From the NCBI GenBank assembly GCA_964467655.1, contig CAYXSN010000004.1:19906-83905 (forward strand): a stretch of 64,000 nucleotides of DNA, written 5' to 3'. The number at the start of each line of letters is the position of its first letter. Within the stretch, counting starts at the first letter, position 1. Positions 29,054 to 38,759 of the stretch are shown here, piece after piece. The position numbers and the translations under genes are program-made. The notes beneath the pieces are model-generated. The model was not told the origin of the DNA. It made no database searches and saw only the letters and a program-made list of their open reading frames with translations. The stretch is from an uncultured Candidatus Saccharimonadales bacterium (GTDB taxonomy: Bacteria > Patescibacteriota > Saccharimonadia > UBA4664).

Positions 29054-29632
29054 TTAACCGGCTTCTTTTTTAGTGCCCAAATATTTAGCCACTACGACAA
29101 CGGCATTCATCAAGAAAACATAGGCCGGATAGACGAGTAGGATAAACGAGTAGGCCGGAACTGCCACCATGCTGAATAATCCTGCTATCCCCGCCAGCAC
29201 CCACTGTAGGTACACTTCAGTGTCGGGCTGCCGGTAGGCCTTGATTACGGTCGGCAAGGCACCAACTCCGTCAATCGCAACAGCAATGAGTGTAGAATAA
29301 TACGTATCTTGAGAGAATATCCAGTAAGTAAAGAGTAACGCTGCTACCCCGAGAATGATCTGATCAAACCTGGAGCTGCCACCTACTCCTTTGCGCATCG
29401 ATATAATAAAAACGAGCAGAACTAGAGCCGTAGTGCTGCCGAAGAAAAGTGACGACCACCCGCCCCCATTCATAACTTGGTTAACGAACGCGACTAACGT
29501 CAGGATTGACCAAATACCCCACGTAATGCGTTGGGGTTTTACTTTACCCTCGAATATGCCGCGGATGTAGGGGACGTAGCCAATAAAGTTAAGGATTAGG
29601 GCAGTGAAGCCGAAGAATAGTGCTTTGTCCAT
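29054..29632 (-). CDS. Integral membrane protein (~7 TM)
   Basis: PYIRGI...KPQRITW, ALPTVIKAY; leaderless start. Confidence 0.8.
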   Translation of the reverse strand: MDKALFFGFTALILNFIGYVPYIRGIFEGKVKPQRITWGIWSILTLVAFVNQVMNGGGWSSLFFGSTTALVLLVFIISMRKGVGGSSRFDQIILGVAALLFTYWIFSQDTYYSTLIAVAIDGVGALPTVIKAYRQPDTEVYLQWVLAGIAGLFSMVAVPAYSFILLVYPAYVFLMNAVVVVAKYLGTKKEAG

Positions 29633-29637
29633 GGGGT

Positions 29638-29694
29638 GATTATAGCCTTAGTCGCCACCATCTGACAACCTCAGTGGCCACTTCGTTCCCAAAT
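29638..29694 (-). promoter_or_regulatory. Module B copy 2: repeated promoter block
   Basis: TTGTCA-18-TATAAT, ATG 6 nt downstream. Confidence 0.7.
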
Positions 29695-29707
29695 GCAGGC
29701 TGCAGTG

Positions 29708-29811
29708 CTACCAATACACTTATGCTTATTATAGGACATCGTAAATTCTAGAATAGAATTATCCGAGCTTTGGTAGGCGCACAAAAAGACCCCGAAAGGG
29801 GCCTTTTTGTT
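29708..29811 (+). repeat. Module A copy 3 (core plus terminator)
   Basis: 18/20 core match and a near-identical 53-54 bp terminator block at conserved spacing. Confidence 0.85.
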
Positions 29812-29853
29812 TGCTTTCCATTTTGAGACATTGCGATCTGTCTTTTGCCCTAT

Positions 29854-31329
29854 CTATGGATTGGGGTTGGGTATGGATGCATTTTTTGTGCTATCCCAGC
29901 ATTCCGGAAGGATTTCTTTTGTGAAGGCATACTTATTCACATCCGCGCAATTTGGTTCCTGCTGAAGCACCATCGCGAGCTGCCATTGTCCGTTTACTTT
30001 CGCGTAATGAGCGGCGGCCCCGGTTTGGCAGCCCTGGCCGACCGCAGCGAATTGGTCGCGAATAACTTTTGAGATGATGAACGTAGCGTCGGCCCCGGTA
30101 GCCGCGCATCCGGCATACACTTTGTCGTATTCGCCCTTGATATAGGTCTGGAAGTCGGCGGGCGCAGATGAAAGGCCCAAGATATGCTCGTACTTGTCTT
30201 CAGCCTGTGCGGCCGAAAGCGCGAAACCGCCCCGCATTGTAAGGGTACCCACGGGCGTCCCGATTTGACCATATTTTGCCTTTATGGCGCCCGTCTTTGA
30301 GTCTACGAAATCAATCTCGAATTCGTGCTGGTATATAAGTGTCCGGTCGTCAAACTGAGTAACATATTCATCTGAGCTGAATCTTGGTACCGGAATTGTA
30401 CTAGGCCTGGCGTTCTGGCCAATCTTGTCCCCAGGATATGAGAGTATATTCGCCTGGTTTGATGCCTGGTTGATGAAATAGAATGTGTTGCTCGACTGGC
30501 TGAAAGAGACGTAATCGGATGATTGTACCAAGCCGGGTGCGGAAAACTCGGATAGTGTTTTGACGTTACTACCGTCGGCGTTCATTATCATCGGGTGTTC
30601 CGAGACGCCATTGTTTTGGCCGGGTGTGTTTTGCGTGTACGCCCAATAAACAACACGCCCATCCGCAAGCTCGGCCGGGCGTTGATTTTCGTTTGTTTTG
30701 GTGAGCTGAGTGAGTGTATCTGTTGCTAGTGTATAGCGAAAGATTTGCCGGTCAGGTGATTGGTACACCGGCTGCGGCATTATGGTAAGCAGCACGCTTT
30801 TCCCGTCATGCGACCAGGCGTTGCCCCCGTCAGGCCATGAGGGTCCGTTCGCTGTAGCCCCGGTAGGCAGCTTAATCTCTTTTGTGACCTTAAGGTATTT
30901 ATTCAATATCCACAGCGAATTTTGCGTGTTGTCCTTACTCGCTACGGCAAGGAACTGACTGCCGTCTGGGCTTGGAATCATTGTTTTGATTACTTTGCCA
31001 TTGGTTGTTGGCAAGTCATACCGAACTCGGCTGCCTGCTTGATTGATACAGACGAGCTTTGAGAGCCGCACAAAGCAGTAATTTGGCGGGAATTGCTTGC
31101 TAGCCTTTGACGCCAGCTGGGAACTCACATCGGTCTGCTGTGGGCGCTGCTGAAGGTAGATAGCGTAGCCGGCAACCGCGACCATAACAAGCGCGAGAAT
31201 CGATGTTAGTACTAGAGTACCCCGCCTCGATCTATTTGGCTTAGGGCTTTCTTCTGGTGCAATATCGATAGCATCGTTGGCGGTGTTATCGACTTCTGGA
31301 ACCTGTGATGATTTGAGTTCTTGTTTCAT
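29854..31329 (-). CDS. Membrane-anchored TolB-like beta-propeller protein
   Basis: One TM, SPDGSQ, WSHDGKS, MNADGSN repeats, Cys-rich C-terminal domain. Confidence 0.75.
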   Translation of the reverse strand: MKQELKSSQVPEVDNTANDAIDIAPEESPKPNRSRRGTLVLTSILALVMVAVAGYAIYLQQRPQQTDVSSQLASKASKQFPPNYCFVRLSKLVCINQAGSRVRYDLPTTNGKVIKTMIPSPDGSQFLAVASKDNTQNSLWILNKYLKVTKEIKLPTGATANGPSWPDGGNAWSHDGKSVLLTIMPQPVYQSPDRQIFRYTLATDTLTQLTKTNENQRPAELADGRVVYWAYTQNTPGQNNGVSEHPMIMNADGSNVKTLSEFSAPGLVQSSDYVSFSQSSNTFYFINQASNQANILSYPGDKIGQNARPSTIPVPRFSSDEYVTQFDDRTLIYQHEFEIDFVDSKTGAIKAKYGQIGTPVGTLTMRGGFALSAAQAEDKYEHILGLSSAPADFQTYIKGEYDKVYAGCAATGADATFIISKVIRDQFAAVGQGCQTGAAAHYAKVNGQWQLAMVLQQEPNCADVNKYAFTKEILPECWDSTKNASIPNPNP

Positions 31330-31532
31330 TTTATGGATTTGGGTTGATTTAATCTTAGGCCATTTTGTAGTCTTTGCAAAACCAGAAATCCGTCGGGCTT
31401 TCCGGCTGCTATCATACACCTCGTAGACCGTAACGCCGATGCCTCAACGTATGGCTTCCGGATGAACATCGGTTCCGTTGATAATTTTATAAAATTACCT
31501 TATACTAGGGAGTCGCTAAGGGAGAAACTAAA

Positions 31533-31718
31533 GTGATTTCTCGAATATTTCGCAAACTCATGCCTGCCGCTACTTCGGCAAATTCAAACGAACATTTCTA
31601 CCAACTGAAAGCCAAAGATCAGAAGCGTCTTATTGAAGATGCTGTTCGCAAGTCGAACACTGAGCAGAAGGAACTACTAGACGAGTACACCGCCCAGGGG
31701 CACCCCCGGACGACGTAG
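31533..31718 (+). CDS. Small hypothetical protein
   Basis: SD GGAG, upstream TATACT. Confidence 0.55.
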   Translation: MISRIFRKLMPAATSANSNEHFYQLKAKDQKRLIEDAVRKSNTEQKELLDEYTAQGHPRTT

Positions 31719-31785
31719 CTTACTTTGTGCGAGCAAGTATACCCCGATTTCTCGGGAGTCTTTTGTCCACTTACCCGCCAGCTGC

Positions 31786-32340
31786 CTACCCAACTGATGG
31801 CCAATCTTTGGTTGGGGTCAGATTGAAATACGGCCCCCTGAGTTCAGGGTAGGCGTCCAGTAAGTTCATGATGTTACCCTGCATGGCGAGGGCTTGGTCG
31901 GCTATTGCCTGGGGGTTGTGGTGCCGGCCTTCATGCAAGATGGTGTCGCCGATCATTCTGCCGTGGGCGCAGATGTTGCGGCAGCGCACCCAGTCCTCAA
32001 ACTGCTTCCGGCTGCCCTTGGCCACCCGGGCTGGATCGACCCGCGACAGCACCTTAAAGAGGATGTCGATTTTGGTATTGAGCGAGACGAAACGGTTATC
32101 GAGTATGTCGAACATGAAGGCCAAATAGGAGTTTTGGTAGCCGCCGTCCGGACACCGGGTGTAGTACTCGGCGATATAGGCGTTGATGATGCCTTCGACC
32201 AGGGTGGCCTGGGTAATTACCCGGGCGATGGCGATGTGCGCTGCGACGAGTTGAGTGGTAAAGGGATCAGGTTCCAAGATGGGGCCGCTTCTTGAATACA
32301 GCGAACCAGAACCGTTTTGCGGGGGTTTTGGGATGCTCAT
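31786..32340 (-). CDS. Hypothetical protein, HEPN/MtlR-like
   Basis: Helical, with N-terminal E, KIDIL and RNICAH (Rx4H). Confidence 0.55.
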   Translation of the reverse strand: MSIPKPPQNGSGSLYSRSGPILEPDPFTTQLVAAHIAIARVITQATLVEGIINAYIAEYYTRCPDGGYQNSYLAFMFDILDNRFVSLNTKIDILFKVLSRVDPARVAKGSRKQFEDWVRCRNICAHGRMIGDTILHEGRHHNPQAIADQALAMQGNIMNLLDAYPELRGPYFNLTPTKDWPSVG

Positions 32341-32923
32341 TTTCAAAAATGTCCACCAGGTTAAAACCTTCACCCAACAGCTCGGTGAGCTGGTTGCGCG
32401 TAAAGAAGTGCGTGAAGACCGTGCTATCTTCGCCCCGGTATGAGCTGGCCGCACTGAAGGCTTTGATGCGCATGAGCCCGCCCGGTTTGAGGACGCGCGT
32501 CACGTTCTTCTGATAGCGCGTCCAATCGTGGGGTTCAATGTGGTGCAGGCAACCGTCATCGTTGACAACGTCAAACGATGCATCTGGATATGGCAACTCC
32601 AAGACGTTCCCGACCCGGAAGTCAATCGTCTTTCCTGGGAGCGAGGCTTGTGCATTATGAATGGCTTGATGGATGGCTGATTCGGCGAAATCGATGCCCG
32701 ATGTTTGGAAGCCACACTGCGCTAGGGCGATGGTGTATCGGCCGCCGCCGCAGCCCAGGTCAAGGGCCGTGCCGGTGACGTGATTTTGGCGCAGGTAAGC
32801 GGTGAACTTGGCGAAATCCGGCGCTGGGACGGTTGTCTTCCAGCCGGTGTCGCCAAGCTCGGTGGCCAGCTGCACGCCCGACCACTCGTTTTCGTACAGG
32901 TCGCGCTGGTGGTTGCTGCTCAT
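32267..32923 (-). CDS. Class I SAM-dependent methyltransferase
   Basis: LDLGCGGG, LPYPDASFD, RVLKPGG. Confidence 0.92.
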   Translation of the reverse strand: MSSNHQRDLYENEWSGVQLATELGDTGWKTTVPAPDFAKFTAYLRQNHVTGTALDLGCGGGRYTIALAQCGFQTSGIDFAESAIHQAIHNAQASLPGKTIDFRVGNVLELPYPDASFDVVNDDGCLHHIEPHDWTRYQKNVTRVLKPGGLMRIKAFSAASSYRGEDSTVFTHFFTRNQLTELLGEGFNLVDIFENEHPKTPAKRFWFAVFKKRPHLGT

Positions 32924-32953
32924 GGCAAGATTATACCCCAGATTGGCTGGGTG

Positions 32954-33232
32954 CTAGCGATCGAACTCTGTCAGCTCGGTAATCTCGTTGCTGGCCACCA
33001 TGATGGTGGGGCCGGGCTGGCCGGTGGAGGCTTGCGTCACCACGATGTGGGTCTGCGATTCGAAAATTGCCAAAATAGTGTAGCGCGGGTGGGCTGGATG
33101 GGCCGCTCCCACCTCGATCGCTACGATCCGCTTATCGTGAACATACTTCAAACTGCGGATGCGCTTGGGCGTGATGGCAGTCCGCAATTGTTCACGAGCA
33201 GTTTTGCTGAGCAGCTCAGGCCAATGATGCAC
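32954..33232 (-). CDS. Hypothetical protein
   Basis: GTG start overlapping the response-regulator stop. Confidence 0.5.
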   Translation of the reverse strand: MHHWPELLSKTAREQLRTAITPKRIRSLKYVHDKRIVAIEVGAAHPAHPRYTILAIFESQTHIVVTQASTGQPGPTIMVASNEITELTEFDR

Positions 33233-33669
33233 TAGGCGGCGGTTTTGTCCGCGGGAGCGATGCCGAGCTTTTGCTGGATCATATCGAGTACTTCGCGCGG
33301 CGTGTAATCAGCCTTCACCAAGTAGTCGGCGCCGTAGCTTTGGGCTGTTTTCTTGTCATCGGGGTTTGATGAGTTGGTCAGCACCATGACAGGCATGGTC
33401 GAAAAATCGAAGTTGTCGCCAGCAAGCGCGCCGAGTAACTCAAGGCCTGTGAGCTCAGGCATGTTGATATCTAGCAATAGTAGATTGGGCGCACTCGTCT
33501 TGATAGCCTCGTAGGCGTCGCGGCCATTGGCTTTGACGACCACCCGTAAGCCGGCACTTTCGAGTTTGATTTGGTACATGCGCGAGATAAACGGATCATC
33601 CTCGGCGACGAGTACTGCTTTGCGGTTATCGCTGGGAGCGCTGGGATTGAGATTTGGTTGGACGGCCAT
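33232..33669 (-). CDS. Single-domain response regulator
   Basis: AEDD, LLDINMP, LTN, K; SD GGAGG. Confidence 0.92.
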   Translation of the reverse strand: MAVQPNLNPSAPSDNRKAVLVAEDDPFISRMYQIKLESAGLRVVVKANGRDAYEAIKTSAPNLLLLDINMPELTGLELLGALAGDNFDFSTMPVMVLTNSSNPDDKKTAQSYGADYLVKADYTPREVLDMIQQKLGIAPADKTAA

Positions 33670-35809
33670 GATTTCCTCCTTGCTTGATGGGCTTGGCTGC
33701 GGTAGCGGGTAAATCAAACCCAAAGATTGACCCTTTGCCTTCAGTGCTGCTAAAGATGAGGGTTCCTCCTTGATCTTCTACCACTCGCTTCGCTAAGTAA
33801 AGTCCCAATCCTGTACCATCTGGTCGGACACCTTGGGCGTTCTCGGCCCGAAAGAACTTGCTAAACAGCTTGGCCTGAGCGGTCCGAGGAACCCCAATGC
33901 CAGTGTCGTGCACTTCAAAGTGAACCGACTTGGGCGTACGGCTCAGCAGCACTCGCACTTCACCGCTGGGAGTGTAGAAGATGGCGTTATCAATAAAGTT
34001 CATGATCACTTGGCGGGTTTTGTTGTCATCGACATTGATGAGTGGCCATGGCTCGGCCGGCGGCTCGAAGATGAGTGAGAGTTTTTTGGTCTCGGCATGC
34101 GAGCGCAACTGGCGCACTTCATCGCCCACCATCTTGACGAAGTCGGTGGGAGTGGGCTGGATGATAAATCGTCCCGCCGATAGCCGCGAGACGTTGAGTA
34201 AGTCAGAAATGAGATTAACCATGCGCTGGCTGGCATCAAAACCGTAGCCAACGAATTGGCTCTGCATGGGCGAGAGCTTGCCGGCATCACCCTCCTGGAG
34301 CATCGACAAATACCCCTTGATGGTCGTCAACGGCGTGCGTAACTGGTGGGAGGCCATGGAGATGAATTCATCCTTTGCCTGGTCAAGTTCTTTGAGGTGA
34401 CGATTGGCCACCCGCAGGCGCTTGGTAGCGTGCTCTACCCGACCCTGCAGGGTGACGTTGAATTCCTTGATTTCAGCGAAAGCTTTGGCGTTTTGCAAGG
34501 CAACCGCTAGTTGACGACTCATGATTTCGAGAACTTTGATATCTTGGTCAGAATAGACGTCACCTGACAGCTTGTCGCCAATGAGTAAGTAACCGATAAA
34601 ATCTTCGCTGGTCCGCAACATCGTACTGACACGCAGGTCGTGATGCTCGAGGATTTCCTTGCGCTTGCCACCTTCCAATTCGTCGGCAATGATCATCGAC
34701 TGATTGAGCTGGATGAGTTCGGGTGCCACCATGAGCCGTTTGGGGAGCACGCCATAGTGTTCTACGCGGTAGACCCGGTCGTGATTGAACACGACGATCT
34801 GGGCATAAGCGATGTGCATTGACTCACACAACGTGGTGAGCGAGCGCTTGAGCAGCCGATCCAGGTCAATCTCGCTGACGAGAATCTTCGAGAACGCGTT
34901 GAGAACTTCTTGGGAGTCGTAATGCTGGCGATAAAAAACGCTGTTTGTTAGTCGTTCGAACACCCGACGGAGTGGCTGAAATGCAAATAATGAGATGACG
35001 GCCATTAGGCTGTATGGCCAGCTAGCATCGGCGGCTGATGTGCCCTCCTGAAACACATACCTTGAGCTGGCAATAAAAAGTACCCCAAAACTCAAAGCCA
35101 AAGTGCCCAACAGCATTACATACATCACCGTCCGGGCAATCACTGCCCGAATGTCAAAGAGCCGGGTTTTGATGACGGCATAGGCAATCGACACTAGATA
35201 AACGAGTGTAAATATCGGGCCAAGATAGACGTATTTATAGTTGCCAAATATGACCGGCAGTATCAGATTAAACAGTAGTCCCATTACAACCGCCACCGAC
35301 ATACCAAGCAGGATGAGTTGTATCTGGAGTTTCTGTATGCCCCTGAGCTTAAAAAGTGATCGGAAGAGCGACATCAAGCCGATACTGAACAGCACTGCTA
35401 ATACAATGCCAAATATGCGCACTCCTGATACGGTAATAATTTCACGGTTGTTTGTCACACCCGTTGCACACATGCCAGGAATAGCAGCGATGATAGAGAA
35501 TGCTATCCCGGCTACTACGATTATCTTGTCGGGCACGACTCGAATTCGGGAAAATGAAGCGTTAAACAGCGCAAAGAAAGTGGCTGTCAGCATGGCGCCC
35601 GTATAGCTGATTAATGCCGTGGCAAATGTGTACTCAATTGGTACAATCCGAAATAAGCCATTTGTAAATGTCCATGTAGCTACTCCAACGGTCAGGCCAA
35701 GGTAATAACGAAATGTGGTGCTTTTCGTATTTCTCAGAAAGATCGATAGGCCCAAAATAAGGTTGGAGGCCGCGGCGATGAATAATAATACACTCGGCAG
35801 GTCTACCAT
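33626..35809 (-). CDS. Sensor histidine kinase (multi-TM HisKA_7TM-like input, GAF, HisKA, HATPase)
   Basis: ~9 TMs, SHQLRTP, NFIDNA, DTGIG, GTGLGL. Confidence 0.93.
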   Translation of the reverse strand: MVDLPSVLLFIAAASNLILGLSIFLRNTKSTTFRYYLGLTVGVATWTFTNGLFRIVPIEYTFATALISYTGAMLTATFFALFNASFSRIRVVPDKIIVVAGIAFSIIAAIPGMCATGVTNNREIITVSGVRIFGIVLAVLFSIGLMSLFRSLFKLRGIQKLQIQLILLGMSVAVVMGLLFNLILPVIFGNYKYVYLGPIFTLVYLVSIAYAVIKTRLFDIRAVIARTVMYVMLLGTLALSFGVLFIASSRYVFQEGTSAADASWPYSLMAVISLFAFQPLRRVFERLTNSVFYRQHYDSQEVLNAFSKILVSEIDLDRLLKRSLTTLCESMHIAYAQIVVFNHDRVYRVEHYGVLPKRLMVAPELIQLNQSMIIADELEGGKRKEILEHHDLRVSTMLRTSEDFIGYLLIGDKLSGDVYSDQDIKVLEIMSRQLAVALQNAKAFAEIKEFNVTLQGRVEHATKRLRVANRHLKELDQAKDEFISMASHQLRTPLTTIKGYLSMLQEGDAGKLSPMQSQFVGYGFDASQRMVNLISDLLNVSRLSAGRFIIQPTPTDFVKMVGDEVRQLRSHAETKKLSLIFEPPAEPWPLINVDDNKTRQVIMNFIDNAIFYTPSGEVRVLLSRTPKSVHFEVHDTGIGVPRTAQAKLFSKFFRAENAQGVRPDGTGLGLYLAKRVVEDQGGTLIFSSTEGKGSIFGFDLPATAAKPIKQGGNHGRPTKSQSQRSQR

Positions 35810-35828
35810 ATGGTATATTGTATTATTC

Positions 35829-36521
35829 TTATGGTTTGATTAATAGCCGTTTTGTGCGGTTGAACTTGATATAACGCATTGGGGCCAAAAGACGAAGCCG
35901 GGCCCGAGCAGTTGGCAGATGGATCATTGCCAGATGTGTCGTTTTACCATCGGGCGTAGTGCCACGACCAATTTCCTTAACAGGCAATAATAGCTGGAAC
36001 CGAAGGCCTTTCAAGAGAATGGGTGTGGTCACGAAATACCATGTGGTAAGCATTGGCTGAGCCAGTTCGGAACGGCCATAGACGAGCCGATATAGATTCA
36101 CCAGGACGGTTTTGAGTCTGCGTTTGTCTTTGCCGATCCACTCCATATCAATAATTAACCTAGAGATATCGGCAGCATTGTGGCGCGGATAATCATGTCC
36201 GTCATGTAGTAGATTGCTAAAGTATTTGCGGCTCATGGTGCTCGACGGAGCATTATCTGGTGTAAGCCGACAGTAACCAACAAGGACCGATTCACTGAAC
36301 ACGCCAAAATGATATGAGTATGTATCAAACTCATCTGATTCTGTGCGAGTGATCGGATCACCACTAACCCAGTGCATTTTTTGCACACAAATCTTATAAC
36401 GAAAGTTATAAGCCGCAACCAGGTCCTGATATGAGCTTAATTCCCGATATACGAGCTGACCCTTGGTGAAACCAATAGTGTCTGCGGTGGCGTCTAGGGC
36501 GCCTAAGGGTACGCTTGGCAT
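35829..36521 (-). CDS. LuxI-family (acyl-homoserine-lactone / N-acyl synthase-like) GNAT protein
   Basis: FR.....W......E-S-D-E-F-D, GYCRLTP, DISRL. Confidence 0.75.
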   Translation of the reverse strand: MPSVPLGALDATADTIGFTKGQLVYRELSSYQDLVAAYNFRYKICVQKMHWVSGDPITRTESDEFDTYSYHFGVFSESVLVGYCRLTPDNAPSSTMSRKYFSNLLHDGHDYPRHNAADISRLIIDMEWIGKDKRRLKTVLVNLYRLVYGRSELAQPMLTTWYFVTTPILLKGLRFQLLLPVKEIGRGTTPDGKTTHLAMIHLPTARARLRLLAPMRYIKFNRTKRLLIKP

Positions 36522-36531
36522 TGACTGTATA

Positions 36532-36557
36532 TTGACACCTGGACAATTATGTGTCAA
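36532..36557. promoter_or_regulatory. Inverted repeat in a divergent promoter
   Basis: TTGACAC-N12-GTGTCAA in the 62 bp gap. Confidence 0.5.
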
Positions 36558-36583
36558 CATGTTCTTGGATTATTTTACCCTAT

Positions 36584-37249
36584 ATGCAAGCGCTCGACAC
36601 AGTCATTACGGAATCGCGCAGGAGCTGGCTAGACAACAAAAACTCGCAGCGCATCATTTTTGCGTGGCAACGAGTTATCTTTTGGACATTTTATACGCTT
36701 GGCCCCATTTGGCGGCGCAGCTTGGTGAATGAGCTGACCGAGGCTGATGTCGTGCATGGCACCCGTTATGTGGTGGCCGGTAATCATCAACGGGCCATTG
36801 ATCCGTTTTATATCTGTACTCAAATTCCCTACCGTATTTGGCGGCATATGGGTACGCTCAACTACTTTACGGCTAATAAATTTATGGACACACCGGTAGT
36901 CGGTAAAGCCTTGCTGCGTTTTGGCTGCTTTCCGGCCAAGGTTCATCACAAATACCCATTTGGACTCGACTATGCCCACCGGATGCTAGCTCGTGGTAAT
37001 ACCATCCTGATCTTTCCCGAGGGTCGGCGGACGCGTCCTGGCGAAACTCCTGCCCGTAAGGGCGTTCAAGTGCTGGCGCACGAGCCGAATGTCATGGTGA
37101 TCCCAGCACACATAGAATGGACGAAGCGCTGGTTTGGCTATACGTTTAAACTGGGTATTGGCAAGCCATTTGATGCGAGTAGTCTGTCGGCACAAGAAAT
37201 CCTGGATCGGGTATATGCGCAACCTGTTGAAGTTGTTGATCAGAACTGA
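36584..37249 (+). CDS. Lysophospholipid acyltransferase (PlsC family)
   Basis: NHQRAID (HX4D), IFPEGRR, VIP. Confidence 0.9.
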   Translation: MQALDTVITESRRSWLDNKNSQRIIFAWQRVIFWTFYTLGPIWRRSLVNELTEADVVHGTRYVVAGNHQRAIDPFYICTQIPYRIWRHMGTLNYFTANKFMDTPVVGKALLRFGCFPAKVHHKYPFGLDYAHRMLARGNTILIFPEGRRTRPGETPARKGVQVLAHEPNVMVIPAHIEWTKRWFGYTFKLGIGKPFDASSLSAQEILDRVYAQPVEVVDQN

Positions 37250-37307
37250 CGCTTTTTCTTGCCTTTTTCGGCAGCATCGGGTACACTTTCTTGACGGGTT
37301 ATCCTAA

Positions 37308-38534
37308 ATGTTGTACTTCAAGAATTCTGAACTCACCAAAACCTATAAAGTAGCACTCAATACCGTCCTTGGCTGGATTAAGGCGGCTCAAAACGGCAAG
37401 CTCGACCTCGGACTCGTTAAGGTCAACGAGCGCTATTATATTGCCAACACTGCCAAGAACGTCGCCGTCTTGGGCCAGCTCGTGGAAGAGCGCAAGAAAT
37501 ACCGCAACAGCCGGAATGCCCGCGTCACCACGCCGCTGCCTAAGTTTTATGAGCTTTTTACTCAAACTCAGCTGCTCGATATTATCTCGAGCCTCGATAT
37601 CCATCATGAGATCCCCTTCCAGTACAGCTATTTTGACGGCGGAGCTGATGTCTGGAACGATTACGCCAACCGTATGGTGAGTGATCCAGCGCCCAATCTG
37701 TTGACGCGTACTATCAAGCTATTAGAGCTGAATGGTACTTATCTTGATGAACTATTTGCCCCATACGAGAAAGTTAATCTCGTTGATCTGGGTCCTGGTA
37801 ATGGTTTGCCGGTGAAGGAACTGCTCGGCAAACTGCTCGAGCAGGGTATTTTGCATAAGTATATTGCCCTCGATATCAGTCCGACGATCCTTGAAAACAC
37901 TCGGGCCAACATTAAAACCTGGTTTGGTGATGACAGTTTCGTCGAGGGCCACGTCGTAGACTTAACCCAAGACAGGTTTGGTCATTTATTGGTAGACCCC
38001 CGTGTCGAAGAGGGCAAATTGATTAATTTGGTCGTATTTCTCGGTGGCACCATTTCGAACTTCCGTAATCCAGATGATGTATTGAATATTGTTCATCATA
38101 GCCTTGGCCGGAACGATATCTTTGCCTATTCGCGCAAGCTCGACACAGCCCAGAGTCGTCGCTTTTTTGACTTCAGTAGTAAGCCCGGCCATGCCGCACT
38201 GTCCGAGATTCACAGGATGATGCCGGAGCTCCTCAATATTGATCCTAATTGTTACGAAGTGGAAATGGGTTATGACGGCGTTAAGAATCAGCGGTACATC
38301 CAGATTCGCTTGAAGCAGGCGACGAGATTGGATTTCCACCTCGGTGGAAGTACTCGCTCAGTGAGTTTAGAGAAGGGTGACGCCCTCTTGATCTGGCGGG
38401 CACGGCAGATCAATTCGGTTCAGGTGTTGCAACAATTGATTTCGAACGGCTTTTATCCGCTGCACATTAGTCAGACCAGCGATAAAGAATATATCGTGAC
38501 AATCTCCCGCATCCAGACTGAAACCGACTCATAG
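37308..38534 (+). CDS. EgtD-like SAM methyltransferase domain with N-terminal HTH-like extension
   Basis: IPFQYSY, VDLGPGNG, LDIS, FLGGTISNF. Confidence 0.75.
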   Translation: MLYFKNSELTKTYKVALNTVLGWIKAAQNGKLDLGLVKVNERYYIANTAKNVAVLGQLVEERKKYRNSRNARVTTPLPKFYELFTQTQLLDIISSLDIHHEIPFQYSYFDGGADVWNDYANRMVSDPAPNLLTRTIKLLELNGTYLDELFAPYEKVNLVDLGPGNGLPVKELLGKLLEQGILHKYIALDISPTILENTRANIKTWFGDDSFVEGHVVDLTQDRFGHLLVDPRVEEGKLINLVVFLGGTISNFRNPDDVLNIVHHSLGRNDIFAYSRKLDTAQSRRFFDFSSKPGHAALSEIHRMMPELLNIDPNCYEVEMGYDGVKNQRYIQIRLKQATRLDFHLGGSTRSVSLEKGDALLIWRARQINSVQVLQQLISNGFYPLHISQTSDKEYIVTISRIQTETDS

Positions 38535-38759
38535 CTACTTGCGCACCTTTACATATTGGCTTATGATGAATAAAGAAAGTTCAACATCTGACAGAAGTGT
38601 CACACCAATATAACATAGGAATTTTACCCATGGCGCTGTAATACTCACGATTTTCGGTAATTTGGAATCATTTTTTGTCGACGCGGCTGACACCAGTTTG
38701 GGCACCGCGTTTTTTGATGCCTCTTGCATCTGATGGGGACCCGGACGTACACTCATGCT

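Noticed and set aside
29645-29713. Second tRNA ending in ACCA
   Set aside because: No cloverleaf; only the 3' hexamer and a T-loop-like word match.
26575-29811. CRISPR array or classical integron
   Set aside because: Repeats are 0.7-2.4 kb apart, there is no cas or intI gene, and no clear attC RYYYAAC/GTTRRRY boxes.
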